From contig OX597820.1 of assembly GCA_951406725.2 (NCBI GenBank), forward strand, positions 111,352,001-111,416,000: a DNA stretch of 64,000 nucleotides, read 5' to 3'. Source of the stretch: Octopus vulgaris (Eukaryota). Shown piece after piece: positions 28,920 to 44,204 of this stretch (positions within the stretch are counted from its first letter, which is position 1; each line of letters opens with the position of its first letter). The position numbers and the translations under genes are program-made. The notes beneath the pieces are model-generated. The model was given only the letters and a program-made list of their open reading frames with translations. It made no database searches and had not been told where the DNA came from.

Positions 28920-29720
28920 AAGTACCAGAGAAGTATTTAGTTAGGAGTAATCAGCTGTCCATACCTTTTGTTCATCGAGAGAAGGCTTATGACAAGGTTC
29001 TACCTTCTGTAAACTGGTAGCCACTAAGGAAACTAGGGGTTGATGAATGACTAAAGGCTATGCACACTATATATAGATGTGTGATTAGGAAGGTGAGTGT
29101 CAGCAATGAGTTCAGTGACAAGTTTTAATGTGGAGACAGAATGCCACAGGGCTCAGTTGTTATCCTTCTTTTATTTATCATTGTCTTCTAGGCTATAACA
29201 GTAGTTTAAGAGCTGGCTGTCTGTAAGAATGCCTATATGCTGATGAACTCATTCAGGTAAAGATTTGGAGAAGAAATTTTAGACATGAAAGTAAAAGCTA
29301 AAATAAAAAGGCTTGAAAGTAAATATGATGAAAACTAAAATTTTAGTAAGTTGGAGAAAAATAAAAAAAAAAACAGAACCTTACTACTATCAGAGAAATG
29401 GCCGTGCTCAATATGCAGAATGGGACCAGGTAGAAATTCTGAATGCTACATGCTCTGCATCACTCTGAAGCAGTGTAGAGGAATTGCAGACAGGCTAATG
29501 GAAAATATAGACTTCATATGTAACAGATGGGCAGGTGCAGTAAGCACTAAGAGACACCCTTGAAATAGATTCTCTCAAATGCCTGAACATACTTTAGAGG
29601 AGGTCAATAGCTTTTGTTGCCTAAATTACCTCATTAGCTATAGAGGCAGGTAATCTAAAAGCATAAGAGCCAGAATAAGAGGTTAGAAAAATATCAATAT
29701 TACCTCTATTGGTAAAGATA
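28920..29720 (+). mobile_element. Highly degenerate RTE LINE RT/PHD-like fragment
   Basis: Collinear with 63120-63900 (EKAYDKV, QGSV, YADEL, KWPCSICR motifs) with many disruptions. Confidence 0.7.
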
Positions 29721-30039
29721 AAATGGGACTTCTCTCTCTCTCTCATTTCTTTATTGCTTATGCTCTTTGCATCATCCTCTTTCCTATTCACTCCATTATA
29801 CCATGTAACTAGAAATTGCATTAAATCTGCCCAAACCTCTCATCCTTTTCTCATCATCCTATCTCCACTCATCTTCTCCTATTCAGTGCACCATCCTGCC
29901 CATATAGCAAAGGAGAGCATTGAATCTTTGCATATTTTGCCACCACCCTCTACACTCTACCTCCCCATCCTTGCATCCATGGAAACACATCTGGCATTTG
30001 GATCTGTACACATCTGATATATCCTTTCTGACATACATC

Positions 30040-30111
<72 letters not shown>

Positions 30112-31611
30112 ACAAACACAGCTGCCATTACTGTCTCCCAGCACTATTTCGCTTCCATTGCTATTTCCTCCCATCATACCCATGCTCCTCTTGCCCACTC
30201 ACCTTATCCCTTCTGTCAGTACTCTTTGTTCTGCTCAGCCTTTGCTGCTCATGCTACCTTGAACAAATGGAGATGTTGCAGGGATAAGAGGAACTTTTAG
30301 TCTCCTTGGGAGCATGACAACCTCTCCAGACCTGGTTCCACAATTAAATGCATTTAATGCTCTCTGTAGAGGTTTTAGTGTTAGAGGGGTTCCAAAAATT
30401 GGAGCATCAAAATATGGTCTTTTGGTTTGGGGAGAGTGCACAAGATGTGAATAACAATTACTTTAAACCATAAAGAACTGTCACTACTATGCCTGTCTGG
30501 AAAGCAGACATAAGATTATAAAAATGAGATTTTGTGTGTGTGTGTGAGTGTGTGTGTGTGTGTGTGTTTGTGGATGTTGTGGACTCTCCGGTTGTAAATG
30601 ACAGATGAGATATGCAGTTTCTTACTGAACAACCTGTACAAATGACTTGTTTACAGTGATCAAATGTTTGTGCTGTACGCTAGCTCACTCCCTTCATCAA
30701 ATTGACATTGCCTGTACAGGTGCACAGCAAACTACATGTCAGATGTCAAAGTGATCACAGAGCCATGTCAGATGAAATATTTCCCAACCGATCCAGGAAT
30801 CAAGTCCATGGTCTCATGATCATGAGTGTATCATTCTAACAAGGTCACATGCCTGGTGTGTGTGTGTGTGTGTGTATTGAAGGTTGATCTCAAGATGTGG
30901 GGCATTGTTGTACTCAAGAAGACCCACCTACCACAGCAGAATTGAAATCCTAAAACCAAGGTGCCATGTGAAAGGCATTGGTGTGGATGTAAAAAGCACT
31001 GGTGATGGTGTCATATAAAAAACACCCAGTGCACTCTGTAAAGTGGTTGTCATTAGAAAAGGCATCCCGCCATAGAAACCAAGCCAGAGCAAACTGTGGA
31101 ACCTGCTGCAGGTTCCAGCATGGAAATAAGACATTAAATGTTAATGATGATGGTACTGTGTGTGTATGTATCTGTGATGTACATGTGGCTGTATGAAAGA
31201 CATTTGCTTCCCAACCACATGGTTCTGGGTTCAATCCCACTTCCCCAAGTTTACCAAAGCTTTTTGAGGGGTGGTGGATGATAAAAAGAAGCCCATCACA
31301 TATATATGCATGAGTGTGCTCGCACTTGTGCATATTTCTGTCTCCTTGTCTTGAATGTGTGTTATAGTTGCAAGCATCACTGTCATACAAATAATATCAT
31401 TCATTTCCAAAATTCTGCAAGAATATGTCTGACCATGAGGATAAATTACTTTGCTTGAAAACAGGTGAGGATTGGCAATAGAAAGGGCATCTAGCCATAG
31501 AAAATCTGCTTTGAATAAACTCCATTTGATCCATGCAAGCATTGAAAAGTGAAAGGCAAGTGATGATAATGATGTATGTGTGTGTGTATATATATATACA
31601 ATTGCAGTGTG

Positions 31612-31843
31612 GAAGCCATTTAAAAACACACAAAAACCATTTGAGTCACTTCAGCATTTAAATTTAATTTGTCAAAGTATTTTCGTCGCTTTGAAATCGC
31701 AACTTTTCCACTGACAAAATTCCATGTAGCACAGAATTTTGTCAGTCAACAGGTTACGGCTTCAAAGCAATGAAAATTCTTTGACAAATTAAATTTAAAT
31801 GCTGAAGTGAATCAAACGGTTTTTGTGTGTTTTTAAATGGCTT
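31612..31843. repeat. About 230-bp palindromic (foldback/MITE-like) element
   Basis: AAGCCATTTAAAAACACACAAAAACC... pairs with ...GGTTTTTGTGTGTTTTTAAATGGCTT around a centre near 31728. Confidence 0.88.
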
Positions 31844-31972
31844 ATAAACACCTTCCATGCTGCAATTGTTTTTGTTTTAGCACATAATCTAAGATCAAGT
31901 CACATGCTCTGCAATTACATCTCCATAATATTTATATATATATATATATGTATGTGTGTGCATGTGTATATA

Positions 31973-32022
<50 letters not shown>

Positions 32023-32040
32023 TGTGTGCATATATATGTA

Positions 32041-32071
<31 letters not shown>

Positions 32072-32573
32072 TGTGTACATATAAATATATATATGTACAT
32101 ATAAATATTACAAAAATAGGAGTGGCTGTGTGGTAAGTAGCTTGCATACGAACCACATGGTTCCGGGTTCAGTCCCAATGTGTGACACCTTGGGCAAGTG
32201 TCTTCTACTATAGCCTCGGGCCAACCAAAGCCTTGTGAGTGGATTTGGTAGACGGAAACTGAAATAAGCCCATCATATATATGCATATATATATATGTAT
32301 GTGTGTGTATATGTTTGTGTGTCTGTGTTTGTCCCCCCCGACACCACTTGACAACCGATGCTGGTGTGCTTACGTCCCCGTAACTTAGCAGTTCGGCAAA
32401 AGAGACCAATAGAATAAGTACTAGGCTTACAAAGAATAAGTCCTGGGGTTGATTTGCTCAACTAAAGGCGGTGCTCCAGCATGGCTTCAGTCAAACGACT
32501 GAAACAAGTAAAAGAGTAAAATAGAGTTGTCCAAAAAAACATGCTCTAAAAAGCAATTTGAGGCAGTTACATG

Positions 32574-33291
32574 TAGTTGAGTAGTTTATTATTGATTATA
32601 GCGTTGCCAGTCAGGAAGTTACTATTGGTTTTCCATCTATTATTGCATTTGACAATGCAGAGACCTGCTGGCCAGAGGCACATAACCTCTTTACTAATGG
32701 AGATAAAAATAAGTCATGGTCAGTTTGGTGGTGAAAAAACCCTGTTGTAACAGCAGTAGCAGCATGAACAATATAAGGATATGCACAGAAATATTTTGAG
32801 GCAATGGAGGGCCTCTTTAATTAAATGGAAGCTACTGGAACAACATGGACCATACTCAATAGAAGCAGTTGGTACAAACTTTACCTGGCCGAGAGGACAA
32901 TGATCCTAAAAACTTTGCATGATCTGGGTACCTTCTTGAATTCAAAGAGTGAAATTTTTAGTCAGTGCCCTTATGATAGAAAATTTATTTTGGAAACATT
33001 GTCTTCTTCATTGTGAATGTAAAACATATATATACTGACTGATTTCAGATACAGCTGGACTCATTCAGAGGGAAGTAACTTTGTCCCTTCCAGAATGGCT
33101 ATTTTTGTTTCAGGGATTTTTTTCCCCCACCAAACTGACCAAGACTGTATTTTATACTTCCATTAGTAAAGAGGTTATGTGCTTCTGTCCAGCAGGTCTA
33201 ATAAGTTGCCTTTATTACCAAGAGCAGTAATAGACATGAAACCAATGGTAATTTTCTGATCCTCCGTAACCAATGATATATTACTCAACTA
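32574..33291. mobile_element. Non-autonomous DNA transposon / MITE with about 170-bp imperfect terminal inverted repeats
   Basis: TAGTTGAGTA...GACCTGCTGG..CACATAACCTCTTTACTAATGG..GGTCAGTTTGGTGG is mirrored at about 33112-33291. Confidence 0.75.
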
Positions 33292-33780
33292 TGTAAAATA
33301 TATATGCATATATATGTGTGTATGTGTAATAAGTGAACTCAGACACTCCTATGAAAAGAAAAGGGCATTAAAATAAGTCAAGGTTTTAAAAAATATAAAA
33401 ACAAATTTAAAGCCATCTGTAGATTTGCAAAAGAGTCTGCTTCAATATGACACAAGATAGGGCCACTATTCAAAGAAAATGACTCTCTGACTGCAGACCC
33501 CAAATCTGCAATACAAAAGTGTTTTCACATCTTCATTGGGACACTTGCTAATAACTATGCTTGATGAGTTATTTGATACCACAGCTCTACTTGAAGGGAT
33601 GAAAATATGTTCTGGTCATGGGAAATATTACCTTCCTGAGAGTTGGTGACAGAAAGAGCATCAAGCTGAAGAAAAGCTGCCTCAGTAAATTCTGTTCAAC
33701 CTGTGCCAGCCAATTGGCTTTGCTTCAAGAATCTGTCTTGTGATTCTTTCCTGCAACACATATGTGTATATATACATATA

Positions 33781-33823
<43 letters not shown>

Positions 33824-33966
33824 AGAGAGAGAGAGGTTATGAGAGGTAATGGTGTCAATAAGTCCCAAAAGTGTCAGGTAATGCTGAGTAAGTGCTATGG
33901 ATAGACCATAGTTAAGCTCCAGGTTCAGTGATTATGCGAATAAGGAGTCTGAAAAAATTTTATATA

Positions 33967-34082
<116 letters not shown>

Positions 34083-35802
34083 AGTGGGCAAACAAAAGAA
34101 GAGGGCACATTTAGTAGGGGTTACATATATTATTTAAAACAGTTCAATTTGTTTCTCTGCTCCTTCAAGTTTCAGCATTTCTGAAGCCTGAAGGGGTTTG
34201 GCTCCTGTTACAGGCCTGTAAAATTTAAAGTAGCACAGAACCAAACTGTTTTAAATAATGTGGGTGTAGTCTTGGCTGTGTGGTAAGAAGTTTGCTTCCA
34301 ACCCACATGGTTCTGGGTTTAGTCCCACTGCATGGTGGAACTAAACCATGGTACTTGGAGTCTTCTGCATTAGCCTCACCCTGACCAAAGCTTTGTGAGT
34401 GGGTTTAGTTGATGGAAACTGAATGAATCTTGTCATGTGTGAGTGTGTTTATGTTTGTCCCCTCTCATCACTTGACAACCAGTGTTGTTGGTTTGTTTAC
34501 ATCCCCGTAACTTAGCAGTTTGGCAAAAAAAAAGATCAATTACCGATTCTATGGTAGAGAGATTTTGAACTCCTGAATGTGAGCTACCTAAAATATTTAT
34601 GTCAACCCTTCAATCTAATCATTTTAGCCCAGAATTCCACATGATCCAGCCTTTTTTGTCCAACCTGTCCACTTCACAATCCTTCTCTGATTCACTCTTC
34701 CACCTTAACCAAACTCATCAATCCACAATAACCAAACCAAACATAACTCCTCACCATGAAAAGCACATCTGAACTATTCTATGTTCCACCTCTGTAGGAC
34801 ATAGAGTGAAGTAAAGTACAGTATCTTAGAAATATAGTTTTTAGAAACATCTTAATGTAATGTTAGAGATGAGGCACATTTTTTTTTTACTCTTTTTCCT
34901 CCTACTTTTCTTCACATGTTTTCTATATCATATTTTTGATTTTTTTTTTAAATTCTATTTGTGCTTGTAATTTTAAATACATGTACACACTCCATGCATA
35001 CACACTTTTAAACATATGCATATAAATGTATACACATACATATACATACATGTATACTCATATACACCCACATACATACATACATTTACATGCACACACG
35101 TGCATACATATGCTTATATATATACACACACACATACCCATGTGTTTGTGATTGAAGATATTAATTTGTCTGAACAATTCTCTATCTCAGATCTTTCATA
35201 TTCCCTTCTCAATTTAGTTTAAATTTAGAAAGAATAATCTTCCAAACTACATTCACACTTCAGAACTTTCATGAGAACATACAAAACAATTTTATCAAGA
35301 GAAAGAAATCACCCAAACCTTGAATTGTAGTTTGGGAATTGTAAACTGTCTCTGAAAAGACATCATAGAGTACAACTGTTGGCCCTGGTTGTCTTTCATA
35401 CAAAATATGCCATTGGTGGAACTCAAACTTTCAATAAACATTTCACCAATTGACTGAAATCACAGGACACAACAAACATGAACCTAATATCATCCTTGTC
35501 ATCATTATCATCAAGGTTTATTGAGGAAGATTTTATACTGCTGGATGCCCTTCCTGTTGCCAACCCCTACATGTTTCAAATCAAGATAAATATATCCCAT
35601 GGCCAGACATGTTTTCATAGAATATTGTAAACGAAGGATACTGCTTGTAGGACAGTGACACTCATTTACAACTATCATGTAATGTCAAGACAAGGAGATA
35701 CAAACACATACACATACATATGTATATATATGCCTCAGCATGGCCACAGCTCGTGAGCTGAAACTAGATAAAATAAAATAAATAAAAAAAGAATAAAATA
35801 TA

Positions 35803-36741
35803 TATCAGGTCATTAAGAATGGAATGTCTGATTTTGAACTGAAAGTTTATTTTACTTTATTTATCTCAACAAAAAGCAATGCAGTTAATCAAAGTATGCT
35901 CCTAAATTATCAACACAATTTTGCCATTTTATCAGTAGCCTATTTATGCCAGCAGCAAAGAATTCTGGAGAGCAAGAGGTGATGAAATCATGAAAGGCTG
36001 TTTTTGCATCTTCAGATTTGAAGTTTTTTCCTTGCAAAAAGTTGTCTAATGTCTAGAAAATAACTGTAACTTGAGTAGCATTCTTTGTGCAACATGTGGT
36101 CAACCATTGTCTTGCAAGAGAATTGGCCTGTCTCTATTGACCAATCTCAGTTGTTTAATTGCAAGTTCACTCATCATTTCATCCAGTTGGTTGATGTATA
36201 CATCCGCTGTAATTGACTTGCCAGATCTCGTGAAGCTGTGGTGGATGACACTAGCGCTGGACCACCTTGCTGATCTGTTTCGGATGGTCCAATACAGTTA
36301 AAATCAAAACATCAAACCTTGCTGCTAACCCACATGTAATTTGAGATGTATCCGCTTCCACTACAGTTTCCAGCTCATCATTATCCACCTTGGTCTCAGG
36401 TTTACCATGGGGCTGATTTTCAAGAGTAAAGTCACCAGACCAGAACTTCTCAAACCATCAATGTACAGTGCACTCGTTCACCACATCATTGATGTTTCAA
36501 GCTGTTTGGGATGTGTTGGCTCCACGATGGAACTCATATTCATAAACAACACAAATTTTTTATCTCTCCATGGGTTCACAAAAATTGATTTACAAGAGAA
36601 AACTCACAATATAATCAGACACCATGGATTGCATTTCGAAAAGTGATGATGTTGTAAAACGAAGACTTGTCGGGATAAAACAGAGTTAAAGACTATCAAA
36701 CTTGGTGCATAAGAAAATTGAATGTTTCATTCTTAATGACC

Positions 36742-36746
<5 letters not shown>
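35803..36746 (-). mobile_element. Degenerate, internally deleted mariner element
   Basis: TIRs ATCAGGTCATTAAGAATG and CATTCTTAATGACCTGAT in TA context. Minus-strand remnants RPILLQDNG.PHVAQ and HLDNFLQGKNF. Confidence 0.75.
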
Positions 36747-36779
<33 letters not shown>

Positions 36780-37062
36780 ATAAATGACAGAGAAATACTT
36801 TGATGAAATTGTATTTAACAATAAGAAAATTCAAATATCACAACAAATTGTTTCGTAACTTAAAAACATGAAAATAATTTATATCATTATACTTAATAAT
36901 AAATAAATTACTTACATGTCTGCATTAATGCAAAATACAAAACATCTTTCAAAATAATGTATCGTACTATATAGTCTATATATTTTGCAGAATGATACAT
37001 TAAGGAGTTTTATTTATAAGTACTAGCAGAATACTTGAATCCATATATTACGACTTAAGTTT

Positions 37063-37119
<57 letters not shown>

Positions 37120-37153
37120 GTATACGTATATGTATGAACACACACACACACAC

Positions 37154-37396
37154 AAGTGGAATTGAGACCAGCTAGTTTATATTGATTGAATAATGAAGTA
37201 ATAATGAAGTCAAACCAAATATTTTGAAATCATTTGATATATATATTTCAGGTTTGCCTGATATATAATAGGAAATGCTACGCAAATCTGAACTCTATAC
37301 ATCAAATTATTTCAAAACATCACTATTTGATTTGACTTCATTATTACAAATAATACAACTTAATAACAGTACAGCTAACCAGCCTTGATTCCACTT
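37154..37396. repeat. Imperfect palindromic element
   Basis: AAGTGGAATTGAG..TAATAATGAAGTCAAA..TTTTGAAAT is mirrored by ATTTCAAAA..TTTGACTTCATTATTA..CTTGATTCCACTT. Confidence 0.7.
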
Positions 37397-39385
37397 ATTC
37401 AGATACTCTAACCACTATTTAGAGTAGTTTATTATATTTAACTCATGTTGCAAATTCTAGTACCATGTAGCACTTCTTAGTGTTACACAATATATATATA
37501 TATATATATATATCACCGTGACCGACCAGGCTATCAGATGTTGCTACACATCGCTAGTCACAATGCGCTTCACATTCTTTTAGCCTTCAAATGATGCCAC
37601 CCCGCTGGCTAAGCGAGCAGGCCAATATATATATATATATATATATATATCAGTCAGTAATTGATACATCTGAAAAAGAAGCACACTCTAAAACATTAGA
37701 GCAGTAGTATATTTAGAAGGTTCAAAGAGTGACCATTGGTTCCAGTTGTAGAGAAGTTATGTGCCTCCAGCCTTTTGAATTTAACAAATTGCCTATACAG
37801 GTAAGTGCTTCATAGGTGCAAAACCAATGGTCATTCTAACCAACCATGACCAACAACCTTCTAAATAGACACACACACACACAGTGTTTCCTTGGCCAAA
37901 TCAGTCAAAGAATTGGTGGAAAACATTGTGGAAGAAGAGGCCTAGAATTGAGTGGTCTAAATAGACCACTACTGTCAATGCATGTAAATAAAAGGGTGGA
38001 TATACCTTGTACCCAATGCAAACAATGGATACCTCCAAAAATGCAGTGGGATAGTAGGCAGGTTGACAGTGAAGAATTATTTTTTATGTAATAGATGTAC
38101 AGGATATAGCTTTTAGAGCTCTGAAAAGATGAAATATTTCAGCTGTCCAGGTGGGTTACTAGGAGTAATTGGTAGTTTCTCTAACTTAGATTCAGTTGTG
38201 AAGGTGGGTGTTGCAACAGTGTACAGGCCAGAGTAAAGGAGAGAACCAGATTCAGGTAGTTATTTGTTCTATTAGCAACAAAGAGATTATTTGTTTGAGT
38301 GAAGGGTCAACTGTGTGTTTGTATACAAAGTACTGTATAGCATGTTAGTGTGACAGGGTACTAATGTAGAGGATATGTGAAAGCTGGAAAGAAATGAGGT
38401 GCAAATGACAGATCACAGGTATCCTGAATGAAAAATTCAACTTTTGAGCTGTCAAACCTCCTTCCATTCAAACATGAAAGAGAGGAAACTGCAATCATAT
38501 GGATTTGCAATACTTGTGAAGAATGACAGTTGGGAAAAAAAGTACCAAACAATTCAAGCAAAAGAAATCTGCAGAAGAGGAAGACTGAAGATGTAACGAG
38601 TAGTGTTGACCTTGCAAAAGAGATGATGAAGCGCTGTGACTAATGGAAAGATATGGTGTTAAAACTGACTCTTCCAACCTATGCCAGCATGGAAAAGTGG
38701 ATGTAAAAATTGTGGTTATGAGTGTGTATACATACACACAAACACACACACACACATCTTTTGCCAAACCTTTATCATGGAAAAATATTGAGAACTAACT
38801 GCCAAACAATCAGGAATACTTTTGGTAATATGTTAGAAATCTGACATGGTCACCAATCTTAACCAAATTCCAACAGGAATTATGTAAAGAACTAACTATC
38901 TTTATGTGTCTCCTATTTCACCTTTGTTTTAATGCTGTAGTTCCAAACCAGTAGAAAACTATAACTACAACACCTGTCCTCTCAAATTACCAACATAATT
39001 ATAAACTATAATTAGCAAAATAGTACAGTCGGTGATTTGTAAACAATGGTTAAGATAACTGCTGCTATTTCTAAAAGACAATCTGGTGCAAAGCTATTTT
39101 AACAATACCCATGAAGGCCAAATGTTTCACATCCACATTCTGTTCTGTGACCAGTGTTCTATTTGTCCCACTAGATTCAATATTCATTCTAGTTCTGATC
39201 AAAGTTTCTAGATATGACATTGAAAGCTTAGAAAACAAACTGTAAATCATGGATGACATCTGCAATGAAATCACATGGTGAAAGTGACCTTTATACATAC
39301 ATATATATGTGTTTGTGTGTGTGTCTGTGTGTATACATACATACATACATACATACATACATACATACATACATACATACATACA

Positions 39386-39437
<52 letters not shown>

Positions 39438-40052
39438 GTTAATTTTAAAAAATAGAAAAAAGATAGAAGAAAAAACAACAATGTGGGGACATATTACATG
39501 CAAAGTATTAATAAGACACTCAGAGAAGGAAAGAAAGAGTGGGTGTTTTACATTTGAAGCAAAAATCTTCTTTGGAAACAGGAGACATAGGAAAGTCCAA
39601 AAGAAAAGGAAGAAGAAGGAGGACAAAAATCGTCAATAGTCTACTTAATCATATGTGTGTGTACAGACACACACACACATAAATATATATATATATACAT
39701 TTCAGTATAAGTGCATGCACCTATAATTTTATTATTTTATTAAATGTATTTTTATCTTTTTGTAAGTGCTTTCTAGAGTGTATAGGTATGTATGGATATC
39801 GTAAATATATATACACACACACATTAAGTAGTAGAAGATTTTTGGGCCATCACTGTTATGTGTAATTTAAGACACTTGTACAAATTGTAAACAAATATTT
39901 TTTTTATGTCTCTACAGACAAAACATGTTGGGGCTGACCTGGCTTCTCAGGTTAGTCAAATCTCTCCTTATAGGTATGTATATTTATAAATTTATCCATA
40001 CATACCTATATATATATATATATATATATAAGAAATTCAATTATGTATACAT

Positions 40053-41116
40053 GGACTGGGCAAAATAATGGAAACACTTTGTTAGATGAAAGTTTTATTA
40101 TTTAATAGAGAGTTGGTCTATTTTGGCATTAATCACAGTTTTATACATTGGGGAATTGATTTCTGCAAGTTCTGAAGTGTTGTTGGGGGAATTTCAAGCC
40201 ATTATTCTTATAAAACCTGCTTTAGCTATTTCAGCAATGATAACGGAGTGAAGTGGCTCCTTGCTTACTGCTTCAAAACACACCATAAATGTTCGATTGT
40301 ATTAAAATCTAGTGATTATGGGAACAATTCTAGCAGTTTTCTTCATTTTTGGGCTCTTTGTACCAATAGTGAATAACATTAGCCTCATGAGTCGGTGCAC
40401 TATTGTCCCTGAAAATTGTGCTACCTTCAATGTACTATAGGATAGATATGATCAGTCAAAATACTCAGAAAGTCCTTGGTGTTAACTCTGCAATAACTAA
40501 AGAACCAAAAGAATTCTGTGCTATGGCTACCCAAATCATCACAAAACCACCTCCATGCTTTTACAACAGGGATCAAACAGTTTGAGTTGACCACTTTGTG
40601 GCTGTATCCAGACATAAATTCAACTGAAGTGGGAAAAATGGTGAATGATGATTCATCAAATCAGATGACATTGTTCCATTGAACCACTGACCGCTTCTAG
40701 TAGATTAGATACCATTTTGGTGGGACAGGAGAGGTTTACCAGTTGCAGCCCTCCCTTGACAGCCAGTTTTATGGAGCTCATGACAAATGGTTTTTGGATG
40801 ACACAGGCTTGGCTAGGTGCTGATTGAATTCTGCTGCCACTTTTGCTGAGTAGTTGTATGTTTTTTTAGACACTATGTTTTACTGTTCTGTAATCCCTCT
40901 CTCTGAGCTTTGACTTCTTTTCATCCAGAATTATGCTTGCCAGAGTTGGTATTACCTTGGTTTTGGAATGCCAACATGCTTTTAGAGACTGCACCTCTTG
41001 AAACATAAACAATTTAACTGTTTTATTGACTGAAGCTCCAGCCATCCATGCTCCAATAATTTGTCTTGTTTGGAAATCACATGAGTTGTGCATTTTAACT
41101 CATTTAAATACAAATA

Positions 41117-41171
<55 letters not shown>

Positions 41172-41567
41172 TATATATAAAATGACACCACATTGGTGGA
41201 TAAAAATCCTATTTTGTGTATTAAGGCTGCCATTGGTTTGATGTTAAGAAATACTTCAATAATTATCAAGCCTTTCACTTGGAAACATTGGTGTTCCTCT
41301 CTATTTTGGATTAAAACACCAAAATGGAGATGAATACTGATGTTTCCATGTAATAGGCTTGATAATTTTTGAGATGTTCCAAAGGTAACTTTAATATACA
41401 AATAAAGTGTGTGTGTGTATATATATATATATATACATATGACAGAGCTATATCATGACGTACAAGACATACATAATACATACAGACTAGAACAGTTTTG
41501 AATTTAGTCATATTGCCAATAGAAAAATAGTCAAATAAAAAGTAGTGTTTCCATTATTCTGCCCAAC

Positions 41568-41570
<3 letters not shown>
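40053..41570 (-). mobile_element. Degenerate Tc1-like element
   Basis: TIRs GGGCAAAATAATGGAAACACT and AGTGTTTCCATTATTCTGCCC. Minus-strand transposase relics (DFQTRQIIGAWMAGASV, FDESSF, DNSAPTH, IEHLW) are interrupted by (TA)n. Confidence 0.75.
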
Positions 41571-41604
<34 letters not shown>

Positions 41605-41690
41605 TTCCAATGTATGTATATAGGCATTTTGTTAAAGGCTTAGCAGGGTAATTATGCATGCTGTTTGTACATGTGTTGGTTCTTTCACAG

Positions 41691-41865
41691 CAACATTGTC
41701 TGATGGTTGTAATCTTCCTGCAAAGTTTGTCATTCACTGCCACGGTCCCACATGGTCGACCAATAATAGTAAAGATTTACTAACAAAGACCATAAAAAAT
41801 TGTCTGTCTCTTGCTGAAAGGGAGAATCTTAAAAGTGTTGCCTTTCCTTCGGTAGGGAGTGGACG
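41691..41865 (+). CDS. macroH2A: macroH2A penultimate exon 'b', canonical, with GSG phosphate-binding loop
   Basis: ctttcacAG acceptor and GTAAGT donor; 175 nt, phase 1 to 2. (A)TLSDGCNLPAKFVIHCHGPTWSTNNSKDLLTKTIKNCLSLAERENLKSVAFPSVGSG(R). Confidence 0.96.
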
Positions 41866-42256
41866 GTAAGTATTTTATTGTTTTGCCTTTCTTTCATATG
41901 CTATCAGTTTTATGATAATGAGTTTGTGTGTATGTGTGTGTGCATTTTGTGTATCTATGAGGGTATGTTTGAATCTGGCTGTATATATGCATGCATGTGT
42001 GTGTGTAGAAGTCCCATTCTGTTTCAAGAGAAGAATTAACCATTATTGATGACAATTGCAACACTACTGCTATTGCTAAACATATATTGAACAGTTTTTC
42101 ACTTCAAAGCAAATACCCCATTACCACTCTAGTTATTTTACATAAGGATAAAATAATGCAAAATTAAAAGTTTCTCTACATCCCAGTGAGTGTTTGACTC
42201 TATCATGGGTGTTTATTTATGTGTTATCTGTTTGTGTAATGTATGGGTGTATATAC

Positions 42257-42308
<52 letters not shown>

Positions 42309-42361
42309 TTGTTGTTTGTACATGTATATATATGTGTATATGTCTGTGTTCTCTATGCTTT

Positions 42362-42392
<31 letters not shown>

Positions 42393-43281
42393 ATGTATGT
42401 TATCTGTAAGTAATGTATGTGTGTGTATAATATGTATATATGTAGATATCTGTGTTTTGTTTGTGTCTGTAATATGTGTAGAATATGGTTTTAGTATCAA
42501 GTATATATAATGTGTGTGTGTGTTTTGTGCATAACAAAATTATCACTTCACAGTGGTATTAAGAATTATTCTATGACACAAAAACAAATTAGCAACTATT
42601 CTCAATAAACATGAAAAATATGTTTAGAACAACCAATTAACTAAAACAGAGACGCTCTTAAAAAACAAAAACATTTGGTTCCATAGAAATAAGATATCTA
42701 CAATCAATAACCAGTCTCTGGACAATATAATTGTTTCAAACCAGTCAAGTACACTATAATGTGAAACAATGGTTTTATAAGAAGTTCTGAAAGGCTGTGT
42801 GAGGTTGTCCATACACAACCCAAATAGTCAATATTGTTTGGGAATAGCCTGAAATATTCGATATGGAGTTATGAGTATGAAAGCATTGAAAGTAGGGCAG
42901 CCAATGATAATGAACATAGAAGTCATATTGATGGTGGATATCATAATTCTAACAAGACCGTTTTTGTGTATCTGTTTTAGCTAATATGCATGCATGTGTG
43001 TGTGTGTGTGTGTATAATTAAATAAACAACCAAAAGAGCTACTAATAGTGTCATGCTATTATGATACTTGAACAGGCATAGTTATAAAATATGCCATACA
43101 TCTTAAAGCAATCTTTCAGGCTCTGTTTACGCACACACACACACACACACACATTTATATGATATCTTATATGATTATGTTTTATTTACTTATATATTAC
43201 TGTTTGTTTTTATGTTAAGTTATATAAAAAATAGTTTAACTTTAAACTGAAGAAATACTCAATAATTTTTGGTGGCATATC

Positions 43282-43430
43282 ATATTTATTAAACTTTTAC
43301 AAGGGTAAGTTTGAGGGTACCTTTGAAATTTTAGCTTTCTTGTTGTCATCAGATATTCTGATGAAGGTAAGCAAGCCAAAATTTCAAAGTGACTGTTAAC
43401 AATTTCCTCATGAAAGTTTAATAAATATAT
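43282..43430. repeat. Head-to-head inverted pair of short elements with CTGATGA cores
   Basis: ATATTTATTAAACTTT..CTTTGAAATTTT..TCATCAGA / TCTGATGA..AAAATTTCAAAG..AAAGTTTAATAAATAT. Confidence 0.7.
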
Positions 43431-44012
43431 ATCTGTTCACATTTGTATGCATTTATATGTATAGGTTTATATGTCACATGATCAGTCATGTGATCACATG
43501 ACCAACTGAACTATCAGATGCTGTTACACATCGCCAGCCACAATGTATGTTTGCATCGTTTTAGCCTTTAAATGATTCCACCATGCTGGCTTGGCAAGCA
43601 GGCCAACATTTTCCCCCTGATTGAAAGGGAGGAATGGAGCAACATGCAAGGAAGTGTTTTGCTCAAGAATGCAATGTGCTACCCAGTCAGGGAAATGAAC
43701 CCATGATCTAGCGATTATAAGTGTGACACCCTAACCACTCGGCCACATGCCTTCACATGTCTATATGTATATATATCTACATGCATGTTTTTCTATATAT
43801 GTATGTGTATGTCTGCACACACATACACAAGCATATGTTCATATATACAAATATGTATACACACATGTTTACATACACATACAATGCTTGAAAAAAATGC
43901 AGGAATAGACACAGTTGGATACCTTTGACCCTGGTTCTGTTCCTTGATTGAATGAACCTATAATCAAAGGTGAACAACTGTAAAATAATGATAAAGCATC
44001 ACGTTTCAATGA

Positions 44013-44204
<192 letters not shown>

